DNA of 64,000 bases from Eledone cirrhosa. Its lineage: Eukaryota. This document shows, piece after piece, positions 50,801-64,000 of the stretch (positions are counted from its first letter, which is position 1; the number at the start of each line of letters is the position of its first letter). The notes under the pieces were generated by a model. The model was not told where the DNA came from, made no database searches, and worked only from the letters and a program-made list of their open reading frames with translations. The DNA lies in assembly GCA_964016885.1 (NCBI GenBank), contig OZ024757.1, positions 8,556,001 to 8,620,000 of the forward strand, given 5' to 3'. The position numbers were made by a program, and so were the translations under genes.

Positions 50801-52106
50801 TTTATCCCTAACTCCAGCTGCTGTGATGAGCTTATCGAGTTCCTTGAAGACATCACCCGGATCACTGACAACGCCTCATGGGTGGATGTTGGTTACCTTG
50901 ACTTTGCTAAGGCTTTTAATTCTGTGCCACATAAAAGACTTATGACAAAACTCTCTGCAATGGGTGTGAGGGATGATCTTTAGAACTGGTTGAAATCCTT
51001 CATTCTCAGCCGAAAAGAGGTAGTCACGGTTCTAGGACAGCATTCTTCACCATATGAGATGTCATCTGGTGTACCACAGGGATCTGTTCTTGGTCCCCTT
51101 TTGTTTGTGGCATATATTAATGACATACATGCCAACTTAAAGAATGCCATGGTACTGAAATATGCAGATGACATCAAGCTGTACCTTGAAATCAAAAGGA
51201 CTGATCCTGAAATCTACAACTCTTTCCTACAATCAGACCTGGACACAATGCAGCAATGGATCACAGACTGGCAACTGAAGCTGGCTGTGGACAAGTGTAC
51301 CACCATGCACTTTGGGAGGAAAAATCCAGCGTCCACATACTCCCTCCACAACACTGATATCAAGAAGTCCTCTTGTGAACGTGACCTGGGCATTACTGTC
51401 AGCAACGATTTACGTTGGACAAAGCATGTCTCTAAGATTGTCAAGAGGGCCGAGGGTGTCTTGGCATCACTCAGCAAGACCTTTGTTATCCGCTCTCCAG
51501 CCATCTATTTAAAACTGTATACAGCTATGGTACGACCACACTTGGAATTCGCATCATCAGTCTGGAACCCCTATCTTGCTCAGAACATTGACCTCCTGGA
51601 AACTGTTCAGAGACGTGCAACCAAGCGCATACCCTCCATCAGACACCTACCATACTCTGAACGCCTTGCTTCCCTGGGCATGGATTCATTGAAGCTCCGA
51701 CGTTTGGCAATGGACTTGGTAAACACCCACAAAGGTATTAACCATCTTGCCAATTACAACCCTGAGCACCATTTTGATCTCCATGTGTCTAACACACGTG
51801 GACATGCCTACAAAATCAGAAAACAGCACAGCTCCCATGACTTTCGTAAACATTTTTTCACGCTCAGAGTTGCTGAAGCATGGAACAAACTGCCTGCATC
51901 AATTGTTAGCTGCCGAGACACTGCATCCTTTAAGATACTCATGCTTCCCGAAATACGCCAAAACTACACCTGATGTCCCCCTTCCATACACGTGCGTGTA
52001 GCATGACTCATGCACTGTTCATTTTCCTGATGTTTGTACATTACCCTATGTACTATACATACACTTTTGATGAGTTGTAGTGCACCTGAGCACTGTACAC
52101 AATATT

Positions 52107-52130
<24 letters not shown>
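47870..52130 (+). mobile_element. Near full-length CR1-type LINE (ORF1 with PHD-like finger; ORF2 APE + RT), disabled
   Basis: ORF1 from ~47922: CHIC..CGTC..C..C..CLDC, then a Q/H-rich linker; ORF2: GVVYRPP, AGDFNHP, TLDLIF, SDH, NYRPVSLTS, YADD; several stops/frameshifts; (ATT)n tail. Confidence 0.93.
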
Positions 52131-52138
<8 letters not shown>

Positions 52139-52339
52139 TAATATAAGAAACGATTACACACGAGAGAGTGTGTTTATAAACGTACAGGCAATATATTTAT
52201 ATTTTAAATTATATTAGTGACTTTTAACGTATGACACTGGTCAAAAACCGGAAAGGGAAACATTGTCAACGACCTGCTATCTTAATTATAACTTTCATTA
52301 ATCTAATTATATTTTATATAGTAACGAAAACGTATCTAG

Positions 52340-52563
52340 CAACGAAAATAATGGGAGAGGGTGAGGGACAGACACTATATTCCAGTCTGAGCTGTGATTC
52401 AGCCCCACCCTACAGACAAAGTGACAAAGGTGTTACCACAAAGAATAGCCAGAGACACCCACTGCAACATCCACCCCACCTCATGGGACTCCTTCCTCAA
52501 GTGGGCTGTGGTCTTTCTAATTTTGAGAAGGAAATCAGCAGTGTGGGGACAGAGAGGAAGTGG
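52340..52563 (+). repeat. Unclassified dispersed repeat; second copy 60996-61214
   Basis: AACGAAAATAATGGGAGAGGG...CAGCAGTGTGGGGACA shared. Confidence 0.8.
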
Positions 52564-52589
52564 TTGGTTAGGCAGCACAGCAGAAACTG

Positions 52590-53130
52590 AGAGGAAGAGT
52601 GCTACTGTTATACACCGTTTCCAGTCACAGGAAGGATCTATAGATGTGGTTGATAGCTTCTGCTATCTAGGTGACCTAATCAGCAGCAGAGGAGGGTGTG
52701 CCAAGAGTAGAGTGGCTTGAATAAGGATAGGATGGAAGTTTAGTGAACTACTACTGCTGATAACATAAGGTTTCTCCCTACACACAAAAGGAAGGGTATA
52801 TAAAGCCTGTGTGAAGTGCACAATACTGCATGGTAGAGAAACATGGGCTGTGACTGCAGATGATGCGATTAGACTGGAGAAAAATGAAGCAACCATGTTT
52901 TGTTGGATCTGCAACGTATATGTTAGAGAAATACAGAGCTTGGAGAAATCCTAGTGGAAGGAAGCTGCAGGAGAGGATGACCAAGAAAGTCAGGGGCAAA
53001 TGTTGTGAGAGCTTAACTCAAATTGTGAATACTGGAAGAGGAGATGACGAAGGAACGCATCTAGTGGAGAGATGTCGTGCTAAGAAGGACCCGTCCAACC
53101 CATGCAAGCATGGAAAAATAGTGTAATGAT
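52590..53130 (+). mobile_element. Old RTE 3' fragment
   Basis: VVDSFCYLGDLISSRGG motif; RTE terminus CCGTCCAACCCATGCAAGCATGGAA. Confidence 0.8.
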
Positions 53131-53259
53131 GATACACAAAATATACACTATATATATACATACGTATATATATGTGCTACATATACACAAAAATATACAC
53201 TAAATATATACATATAAATACTATGTATATAGTGTACGTGCTACATATACACAAAATAT

Positions 53260-55672
53260 ACATCATCATCAACGTTTAACGTCCGTGTTCCACGCTTGCA
53301 TGGGTTTGGACGGGGCTTTTCCCACTTGAGGCAAGAGTGATTATCTTGTTTGCATAGGACTGTCTGGCGGGTTTTCTACAGCTGGATGCCCTTCCTAACA
53401 CCAACGACATTTACAGTGTGGGGCTGGGAGGTTTTTACCGTGTTGCCTACACAGTCACATTACAGCATGGACTGTGTGTTTTTTTGTCGTGATACCTACA
53501 CGATCTCGTTTGTTTCGGCCTGGATGTTGTGGCACCAACATAAATTTACATTGAAAGGGGCGGTGTGGATTGGGTGGGGGTGGGGGTACGGGCGTGTATT
53601 TTGTTAGAGATGCCTACTGACTGTAGTAGGTTTTACTTTGTATTTAGGTAAGGCGGGTCTTCTCTATTACTGAGTACCGCCAAAGGTCTCGGTCCAGTGA
53701 CATTGTCTTGGTGAGGTGTAAGTGTGTGAGGTCGGAATTTATCAGCTCGTCCCAGGTCTTTCTGGGTTTGCCTATTCCGTGGCGACCGTCTATCTTTAAT
53801 GCCCTGCACTTTGTTATACAGCTATCGTCTTTCATGCGCATCACGTGACCATACCAACGTAGCCTTCTCTCGAGTAAACAACATCTGATCCCTCTTATTT
53901 CTAATTTTTTCCTTAGTTCGTTTATGCTTTGCCGTTCACGTATATTACTATTACACATCCAGCGGAGCATGCAAGCTTCTTTTCTGTCTAGTCTGCGTAT
54001 ATCCTCTGCACACAATGCCCAGGTCTCACTGCCATGCAACATTGCTGTTCGTATGCAGGCATCATACAACCCGCCTTTCATTTTTAGGGAGAACCCTTTA
54101 GCGGCTAATAGTGGTATAAGCTCTCTGAACTTTTTCCATCCAGTTCTGACTCTAGCTGCTGTACTTTCAGAGTACCCTCCCCCACTGCTGATTTTGTCAC
54201 CCAGGTAACAGAAGCTGTCCACTATTTCTATAGAACCCTCTGCGCAGTTGAAAGAGCTAGTATTTTGTGGGCACTTGCTGCTACTTATTGCACCAGAGCA
54301 CCGGCCACATGTAAAATCTGTGTTCTTAGTTAGCTTACCTGTGATCCCACTACATCTTTTATGCACCCATACTTTGCATTTTGGAGATAAAATGGAGTTT
54401 CTACCTACGCCTTTCCTACACACTGAGCATGGCCACTTCCCGGAAGGGACCGCCACCTTATTTTCTTTCTTACAAACTAGAACTTTAGTCTTAGCCAGGT
54501 TAATTTTAAGGCCTTTTGATTCTAGGCCGTGCTTCCATGTTTGGAATTTCTTCTCTAGCTCGGCCATTGATTCAGCTATGAGTGTTAGGTCATCTGCGTA
54601 TAGGAGTTCCCATGGGCAGCCGGTCTTGAACTCCTCTGTTATAGCCTGAAGGGCAATAATAAATAGTAGGGGGCTGAGAACAGAGCCCTGATGGACGCCA
54701 ACTTTACGCTAAACTCTTCACTATATTTGTTGTTAATTCTAACCTTGCTGACTGTTTCTTTATACATGGCTTGTATAGCTCTCACAAGCCATTCGTCAAC
54801 ACCTAGTTTTCTAAGAGCCCACCAGATAATGGAACGGGGGACTCTGTCAAAGGCTTTCTCCAAGTCGACAAAAGCTAAGTATAGGGGTTTACTTTTAGCT
54901 AGGTACTTCTCCTGTAGTTGTCGTACAATGAAAAGAGGGTCTGTGGTACTTTTGCCTGACACAAACCCGAACTGCATTTCATCTAGATCAATTCTCTCTC
55001 TGATTAGTTGCGCTATTACATTTTCCGTGACCTTCATGACCTGGTCGATTAATTTAATCCCTCTATAGTTACTCCTATCTAGGGCATCTCCTTTACCCTT
55101 ATAACAGTTAACGATGCTGCTGCTACGCCAGTCCTTCGGAACAACCCCATTCTGTACGACTTGGTTAACTATCCGGGTGACCATGGTGTGTCCCACCGTA
55201 CCAGATGCCTTCAGCATCTCGGCAACTATTTCCGAAGGCCCAGCCGCCTTACCCGTCTTCATATCTTTGATTGCCTTACTTATTATACTCCCCTCGACTA
55301 ACACTGCTGGTCCCTCTATTGGGTCGATGTGGGGGAGACTGTCTTTCTCCCATTTATTCTCCTCATTTAGTAGCCTTTCATAGTGACACTTCCAAGCTAC
55401 CTTCTTATCAGCGTCGGTGATGGCAAGTACGCCGTCATCATTAAGTACACACTTCTCCCCGACAATATCACGGTTTTCCTTGACACATTGCCTCGCAATC
55501 CTGAACACCTCACGTTTTTGGTCCTCGCGTTGTCGGACATGCTTGAACTTTCTTTCCTCTGCTTCCCTTCTTGCGAAGTACACTTGTCTCCTAGCTTCCC
55601 TCCTGGCCATTTGATAGTCTTCTCTGCTTCCCCCATCCCGCCATACTTTCCAAGCCTGCTTTTTGGCCTGAA
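53260..55672 (-). mobile_element. 5'-truncated RTE LINE, same subfamily as 11040-15048
   Basis: ORFs 54639..55610 and 53644..54567 separated by one frameshift. Confidence 0.95.
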
Positions 55673-57296
55673 TTGATACATATAAATACTATGTATATAG
55701 TGTACATGCTACATATACACAAAATATACATTATATATATACATATAAATACTATGTATATAGTGTATGTGCTACATATACACAATATATACACTATATA
55801 TTTACATTTAAATACTATGTATATAGAGTATGTGCTACATATACACAATATATATACTATATATAAACATATAAATAATATGTACGGGCTACATATACAC
55901 AATATATTCACTATATATAAATACTGCATATATAGAGTATATGCTACATATAGACAATATATAAACTATATATATACTACATACACATTATATATAATGT
56001 TGTCCAAGGGAATAGCTGAAACAACTTGGGACCAATGACATCATAGATCATCATTTAATGTCTACTTTCCCTGCTAGCAAGGGTGGGACAGGTCTTTACA
56101 AACCAGGGTGCAGTGGTAGACCACATCTCTCTTACATATGGTCCCACATTCTACTGGGGCACCAGTACTAAAGAGGTTGTTATGTCTTTGACAGAACTGA
56201 AGGGTCCTACCAAACCCTTGTTTGGCAAGAGAAGAAAGTTGTAAAGTATTTTCAAATGTGAATTATTTCTAAAAAAAAGTCATAATTTCAACTGTCATGA
56301 AAGTACCATCAACAAATATTAAAGTTATAAAATTGTTTATATTTACACATAAATGTGGATATTTTGTCATAAATATAAATATAAACCAGTTAGTGTTTGT
56401 AAAATAACACATATAAACACATCAATCTTGTTTTGTTTTTCTTGCACTGATGGAGTCATAGGGGTGTCACTGTGGGCATTTGAAGCTTGGTGGAGCCCTT
56501 CACTCACCAGGTTAGAACAGGTGATTTCTTCCAGAGAAGGAGAGAGAATGAGAGAGAGGAAGTGAGAAAGAACAAACCCCAGTGGTAGACTGGTACTTTT
56601 TTGTTATCAACCTTGAATGGATGAAAGGCAAAGTTGACCTCAGCAGGATTTAAACTCAGAGCAGAGAACCAGAACAAATATGGCAGAAAGTATTCCATCC
56701 ATTGTTTTGTAGACTTTAAATAAATGTTTCTACTTTTAACTCAACCCAGTGCATTACTGGTACTTTATTTTACTGAACCTGAGGAAGAAGAGTAAAGCTA
56801 ACCTCAGCAGGTTTTTAATACAGAACGTAAAGGGATGTAACTATATGACACAAAGCATATCGTCTGACACTCTACTGATTCTGCCAATCCACCACCATCA
56901 CCAATAAAATAAGATTGTGTCTCTATAAGAAACCTTAATGACAAATATGAAGTAGAACTTTCTACAGAGTGTATTTGTGGATTACAATACAAAACCTGAG
57001 AATAATTTCCAACATATTTCACCATAATAAATGTTCATTAATATATATTATTATTTCGTGGCATTCTTTAGATCATTAATCCCTACCTGAACATCCCTAG
57101 ACATCTGATCTATGTAGGTCATTTTCAGTCATCTCACTAGGGTCTTACTATGTTTAGGTATCCACCACAGGAGCCAGCTCATCAATTCATTGGTAGGAAT
57201 GTCTGGCATATATTGTCCTTCGCTCCCTAGATATTGTAGTAATCTTCAATATATGGCAGTATACTTCTTCCATTTGATAGAGTATATATATATATA

Positions 57297-57740
57297 GATG
57301 TGTATGAAGGATGACAGCTGCATTAAAAGGTGCAGAGCACTAAATGTCGCTGGAAGCCTCGGAGTGGGGAGATCCAGGAAGACCCGGGATGAGGTGAAAA
57401 GCTGACCTTGCCCAATTGCACCTCTCAAAGGCGATGACGCAGGATGGTGCCCTCTGGCATCATGCAGTAATACAGAAGACCTGATTTCACACGGCTACAA
57501 GCCGAAGCTGAAGCATATAGACGAATATGTCCCCATCCCCACCCACTGCAAAGTGGTCAACAAAAAAGCCCCCAGCCCCCAGAGTAAAGTGGCTGTGTAG
57601 GCACCATGGTAAAAAAAGCACCTAGCACACACAGTAAATGAGTTTTTGTGTTAAGAAGGACATCAAGCTGTAGAAATCAAGCCCAAATCAGTTCCCGTAC
57701 GAGCAAGACGAGGTCACATGACGTAAAACGGTGATGATGA
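57297..57740 (+). mobile_element. RTE 3' fragment, antisense to the downstream region of the second ZNF
   Basis: MCMKDDSCIKRCRAL-like segment and GAT tail. Confidence 0.85.
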
Positions 57741-57833
57741 TAAGTATAAGATAAGGATTTTTCAAGCTTCACATTTTATATTCTTCCTTCCAGAGTGTGT
57801 CTGTTTGTGTTTCACATTTCACAGTGATGGGGT

Positions 57834-58947
<1,114 letters not shown>

Positions 58948-59903
58948 TTACATAAAGGAGTCTCACCACTTTTACTGATACATTAAGAAATGTAGATATT
59001 GTTAAGATGATGCCATGTATTCTAATATACAGAGTGTCCATAAAAGACTGCAGAAGTCTGCTTTCTTCTTCTACAAGTTGTAATGTAGCATTTAATTGGT
59101 ACAAGTAATAAGACATATGTCAGTGTAAGACTGATCTTGGATGAAGAAAAGGCAAGTGCTTATATATATATATATGTGTGTGTGTGTGATTATTGTGGAA
59201 TATATCACTATTATTATTGTTAAGTTGAGAGAAGCTCTATTCACAATAAAATCCTCAGTTCATAAAACAGACGAATAAGACTTCTATAGTTAAGGTTCTT
59301 GTTATTGAGGACAGTTCAGGTGACAAGAGAATTAATATCCATAATTTCAAAAGATGAAGGTTAATATATGTACATATATATATATACAGACATACAGTGT
59401 GTAGGTATGAGAGAGAGAAATAGATGTGTGTGTGTGTGTGGAAATATGTGTGTAGGTGTTGTAATAAATCAAGATATTTCACTTCAGATAGAAAAGTTCA
59501 CAATGTTTGTGTTGTGGTGGAAAAGGAAATAATACGTACTTTAGTTGTCAAGACCAAATATAAAGTCAAGAAAAGTTAGTAAAAACTAAATGTTCACTGA
59601 TTTCTGATTAAAATAATATTTTCCTGTCCTGTAAAATGTTGAACAACCCCTTCAATATTTAATAATACAGGTGATAAAACAACAACTATAAGGTAAATAA
59701 GTCACCTTATGTTATTTACAAACATTAACGTCCACCTTAATATGAAATAATCACCATAAAAGATAAAATTAGATGAGGTTTAAGTTGTAACAATGGAGCT
59801 GATATAAATGGTAATATTTCACCGTCTAGTTGACACCGGTGTCATGACTTAAAAGTCCCCCACATAATTTAATACATTCAGAAACAACTTCCGTTATATG
59901 AAC

Positions 59904-60038
59904 TAGCAGGAAACCACCCGAAAGTAGCATGTGTAGTGTGTATATTGATATTATACGCAGGTATGTATGATACATGTATATATATACCTGCGTGTAATAT
60001 CAATATACACATGCTACCTTCGGGTGGTTTTCTGCTAG
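59904..60038. mobile_element. Hairpin MITE-like insertion with a partial extra arm (to ~60071)
   Basis: CTAGCAGGAAACCACCCGAAAGTAGCATGTGT... is complementary to ...ACACATGCTACCTTCGGGTGGTTTTCTGCTAG. Confidence 0.7.
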
Positions 60039-61773
60039 CATGTGTAGTGTGTATATTGATATTATACGCAAGTGTATATATATACATGTAGATATGATAC
60101 ATTAAATAAAATCGTAATTTACAATATATAATTGTTTCTACGTTAGGCACAAGGCCAGCAAATACAGAGTGTATTACTGGTACTTTATTTTATCGACCCC
60201 GTAAGGATGAAAGGCAAAGTTAACATCGGCGGGATTTGAACTCAGAATGGCAAGGGCCGTAACTCTATGCGTCAAAGTATGGCGTCCGACCCTCTACCAA
60301 TCCACCGCCTTGACAATATATAATACACAGAAATTGAACGAAGACTGTGTTACACTGTCTTATGTAATCAGTAACGTAATCCATGATACATTAAAAAAGA
60401 CGATATTATATATAAACTGCATTAGGAGAAAATTAGTGACAGAAAATTAATAGTTTATTGAAGTGATGGCCAACCGGAAGTGTTTGCATTTCAGAAATTT
60501 TAAAGAAGTAAATCTTTAAATAAACAAAATATATTTAATCAACGGCCACGAAATTTAGTAGATAAATTATGTAATATTCATTAATTATTTATTCAAAGTA
60601 ATCCAACTTATTTTACTAATGGGATAAACAATTATAAACCGTACAAGTCCCGTACTCATCCTTTTATTATAGTTTAGATTCATACGTTCAATAGATATGC
60701 TAGTACTTTATTCAGATTTGAATAAATAACGTTATTAAACCAAAACACATTATTAAAGGTAATAAAATATTTAAGTATTGGAAAAAAAAAAAACGAATCA
60801 AGCAACGAAAATAATTGTTTCTACTTTTGGCACAAGGCCAGCAATCATCCTAGTGCATTACTGGTACTTTATTTTATCGACCTCGTAAGGATGAAACGCA
60901 AAGTTAACCTCGGCGGGATTTGAACTCAGATCATAAAGGGAGGAAACTCTATGCTACAAAGCATGGCGTCCAACGCTCTACCGATACTGCCAATCCAACG
61001 AAAATAATGGGAGAGGGACAGACTTTATATTTCAGTCTGAGCTGTGATTCAGCCCCACCCTACAGACAAAATGACAAAGGTGTTACCACAGAGAATAGCC
61101 AGAGTCACCCACTACAACATACACCCCACCTCATGGGACTACTTCCTCAAGGGGGCTGCTGTGCTTCTAATTTTGAGAAGGAAATCAGCAGTGTGGGGAC
61201 AAAGAAGAAGTGGTGAGTCAGGCCCCGGTATTTAACTATCTCCCTCTTCTCTCTATTGCAGGTAGTAAAGCCTGGGTTTGTGGCTGCAGGGAAAATGTTG
61301 GAGGCAGAGAATGATACAACCCATGCTAAACCTCCAACTAAAGCTGATACTTGTCTTTTTCAGCTGTGGAGATTAGAGACATGTGGAATGATGTGTCTTG
61401 CTTAAGGACACAATGTACCTCCCTAACTGACAATAGAAAACATGATATTACCATATGTTGTATGACTTCACTATAAAATATATATGTGTTTGTATACATA
61501 TATATAGTATATATTTGTGTATACATTGTCTCATTCCATGAGAGTAACTTGGTCAGCCTATGAACTCCTCATCTGACCCTTCTATATGTATATACATGTT
61601 TGTCAGTGTGTGTGTACATATGTATGTAGAATATTGTCACAACTACTATATACACCACATATACACTATATATAATATTGTCCAATATATATAGACTATA
61701 TGTCATGTTGTCCAAGGGAAAGGCTGATATAGATCAGCACCAGTGACATTACAACTGTTATATACACTATATA

Positions 61774-62608
61774 TCATCATCATCGTTAACATTTAACGTC
61801 TATCTTCCACGCTAGAATGGGTTAGCCGGGAATTGTCCCACTTGAGGCAGGATTGATCAGGTGACCGTGTCTCACTCGTATAGGACTGTATCTGGCAGGT
61901 TTTCTAAGGCTGGATGCCCTTCCTAACACCAACCACATTTCCAGTGTGGACTGGGAGTCTTTTCGTGATGACACCTACACTACCTCTTTAGTTTGGACTG
62001 GATGTTGTAGTACCAACATAGCTTTACAGAGACACGGTGGTGTTGGTGGGAGTGGGAGGATGGAGTAGGGTGTGTGGGTTGGGGTGTATATTTGGTTAGG
62101 AGGGGCCTACTGACTGTAGGTTAACTTTGCACGTATGGAAGGCAGGTCTTCTCTGTTACTGTGTGGCACCATAGATCTCGATCCAGTGACATTGTCTAAG
62201 AGAGGTGTAAGTGTGCAAGGTTGGATTTTATGTCATCCCAGGTTTTTCTGGGTCTACCTACTCCATAACTTCCATCAATTTTGATATCCCTGCACTTTTT
62301 TTTAAAGATGTCATCTTTCATGCGCATCACATGACCATACCAATGTAATCTTCTCTCAAGTAAACAGCATCTGATCCCTCTTATTCCTAATTCTCACTTA
62401 GTTTGTTTATGTTTTGCCGTTCATGTATATTACAATTACACGTCCAACAGAGGATGCATGCTTCGTTCCTTTCCAATCTGTGCAGGTCCTCTGCACACAA
62501 TGCCCATGTCTCACTGCCATGTAACATTGCTGTTCGTATGCACGCATCATACAACCTGCCTTTCATTTTTAGAGAAACTTTTTGTGTCCAGCAGCGGTAT
62601 TAGCTCAT
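61774..62608 (-). mobile_element. 5'-truncated decayed RTE LINE
   Basis: Reverse-complement similarity to 18820-19692. Confidence 0.9.
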
Positions 62609-62611
62609 TGT

Positions 62612-63360
62612 GACATGTGAGAGAAACCATTCTCTTTGAATGTTACATTAACTACACACAAACATATACATAAAGCTCGGAAGCCATATCACTTTGATAT
62701 ATTTGGTAAATCTTTCTCTAAATGTTGTGGCTTCACTAGACACTAACATATACAGGAGAGGAACTATATCACTGTGATGTCTGTGGTAAATGCTTCTCTA
62801 AATTCTGTGACTTTACTACACACTAACATATACAGGAGAGGAACCATATCACTGTGGTGTCTGTGGTACCCCACTCTCTAAATGTTGTGGCTTCACTACA
62901 CACTAACATATACAGGAGAGGAACTATATCACTGTGATATCTGTGGTACCTCACTCTCTAAAAGTTGTGGCTTCACTACATACTAACATATACAGGAGAG
63001 GAACCATATCACTGTGATGTCTGTGGTACCTCACTCTCTAAATTCTGTGACTTTACTACACACTAACATATACAGGAGAGGAACCATATCACTGTGGTGT
63101 CTGTGGTACCTCACTCTCTAAATGTTGTGGCTTCACTACACACTAACATATACAGGAGAGGAACTATATCACTGTGATATCTGTGGTACCTCACTCTCTA
63201 AATGTTGTGGCTTCACTACACACTAACATATACAGGTGAGGAACCATATCACTGTGATATCTGCGGTACCTCACTCTCTAAATGTTGTGGCTTCACTACA
63301 CACTAACATATACAGGAGAGGAACCATATCACTGTGATGTCTCTGGTACCTCACTCTCTA
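62612..63360 (+). repeat. 80-bp tandem repeat (about 8 copies) derived from a decayed C2H2 finger
   Basis: TACAGG(A/T)GAG recurs at 62751, 62831 ... 63311; the unit encodes TGEEPYHCD(V/I)CG. Confidence 0.92.
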
Positions 63361-64000
63361 AAATTTGTTTGCTTTTAAGAAACCACTGGTAAATGAAATA
63401 ATTGCCTTATGTTGTTTATTACATAACTATTAAGCTCTGTTACCTACATAGAGCACTCTTTTTTCCTGGACTTTTCCGACGGAATTACTTCACATATATA
63501 TATATAAACGAAAAAATGAAACAAAATTTCATTTCCCACTCTTAGTACGGCTGTAACTTAAATATAAGTATGTATACGTACATACATATATGTATACAGA
63601 CGTACAGTAGTATGTATATATATATACATACATGCACACATATATATATGTACGTATGGATTCACCAAACATTCATTACAATGCTCGGTGTGTTTGTAAA
63701 CAAACATCCCGAATTAAGCCGTAGTGTCCAGCAACCATCGTTGCTCGTTTGTTCAACAGTGACAAAGGAACGCTGTACTAGTTTCAAGCTTGTTAGCTAT
63801 CGTCAGCAACGTATACCCTCCTGCTGATATGCAAATTGGGCTACTCAGCCGTTAATATGCATAAGGAAATTATATACCTTCGGACATTCAACCATCTGGC
63901 AGGAAGGTATACGTTGCAATTTGTATATAATAGGGGTTAATTTGAAGCAGAAAATGTTGGGGACCACTTAAGACAACAAATCGTCCTTTTTATTTAATAA

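Overview
AT-rich, repeat-dense animal genomic DNA, not prokaryotic. The HTG(D/E)[12 protein letters not shown]-type finger arrays, abundant RTE LINEs, tRNA-derived SINEs and long (TA)n runs resemble an octopus/coleoid C2H2 zinc-finger cluster (inference, no database check). Host genes: an intact 10-finger C2H2 ORF (33052-33990, -) and a 13-finger array (57834-58929, -) whose last 5 fingers are cut off by a frameshift. The rest is mostly RTE and CR1-type LINE copies, two SINE families, a deleted mariner, a non-autonomous Helitron, MITE/fold-back elements and minisatellites. Less obvious structure read by eye: (1) several type I hammerhead ribozyme motifs of unrelated sequence, one inside a perfect 133-bp palindrome that encodes a hammerhead on both strands; (2) a ~15-17 kb tandem ZNF duplication unit whose first copy has lost its finger exon, with a shared promoter/5'-exon module; (3) minisatellites derived from a frameshifted zinc finger (80 bp) and from an RTE coding segment (61 bp); (4) a PHD-type finger inside RTE ORF2; (5) a fold-back transposon with its empty site in a paralogous block. 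All alignments and folds were done by eye, so decayed-repeat boundaries are approximate.
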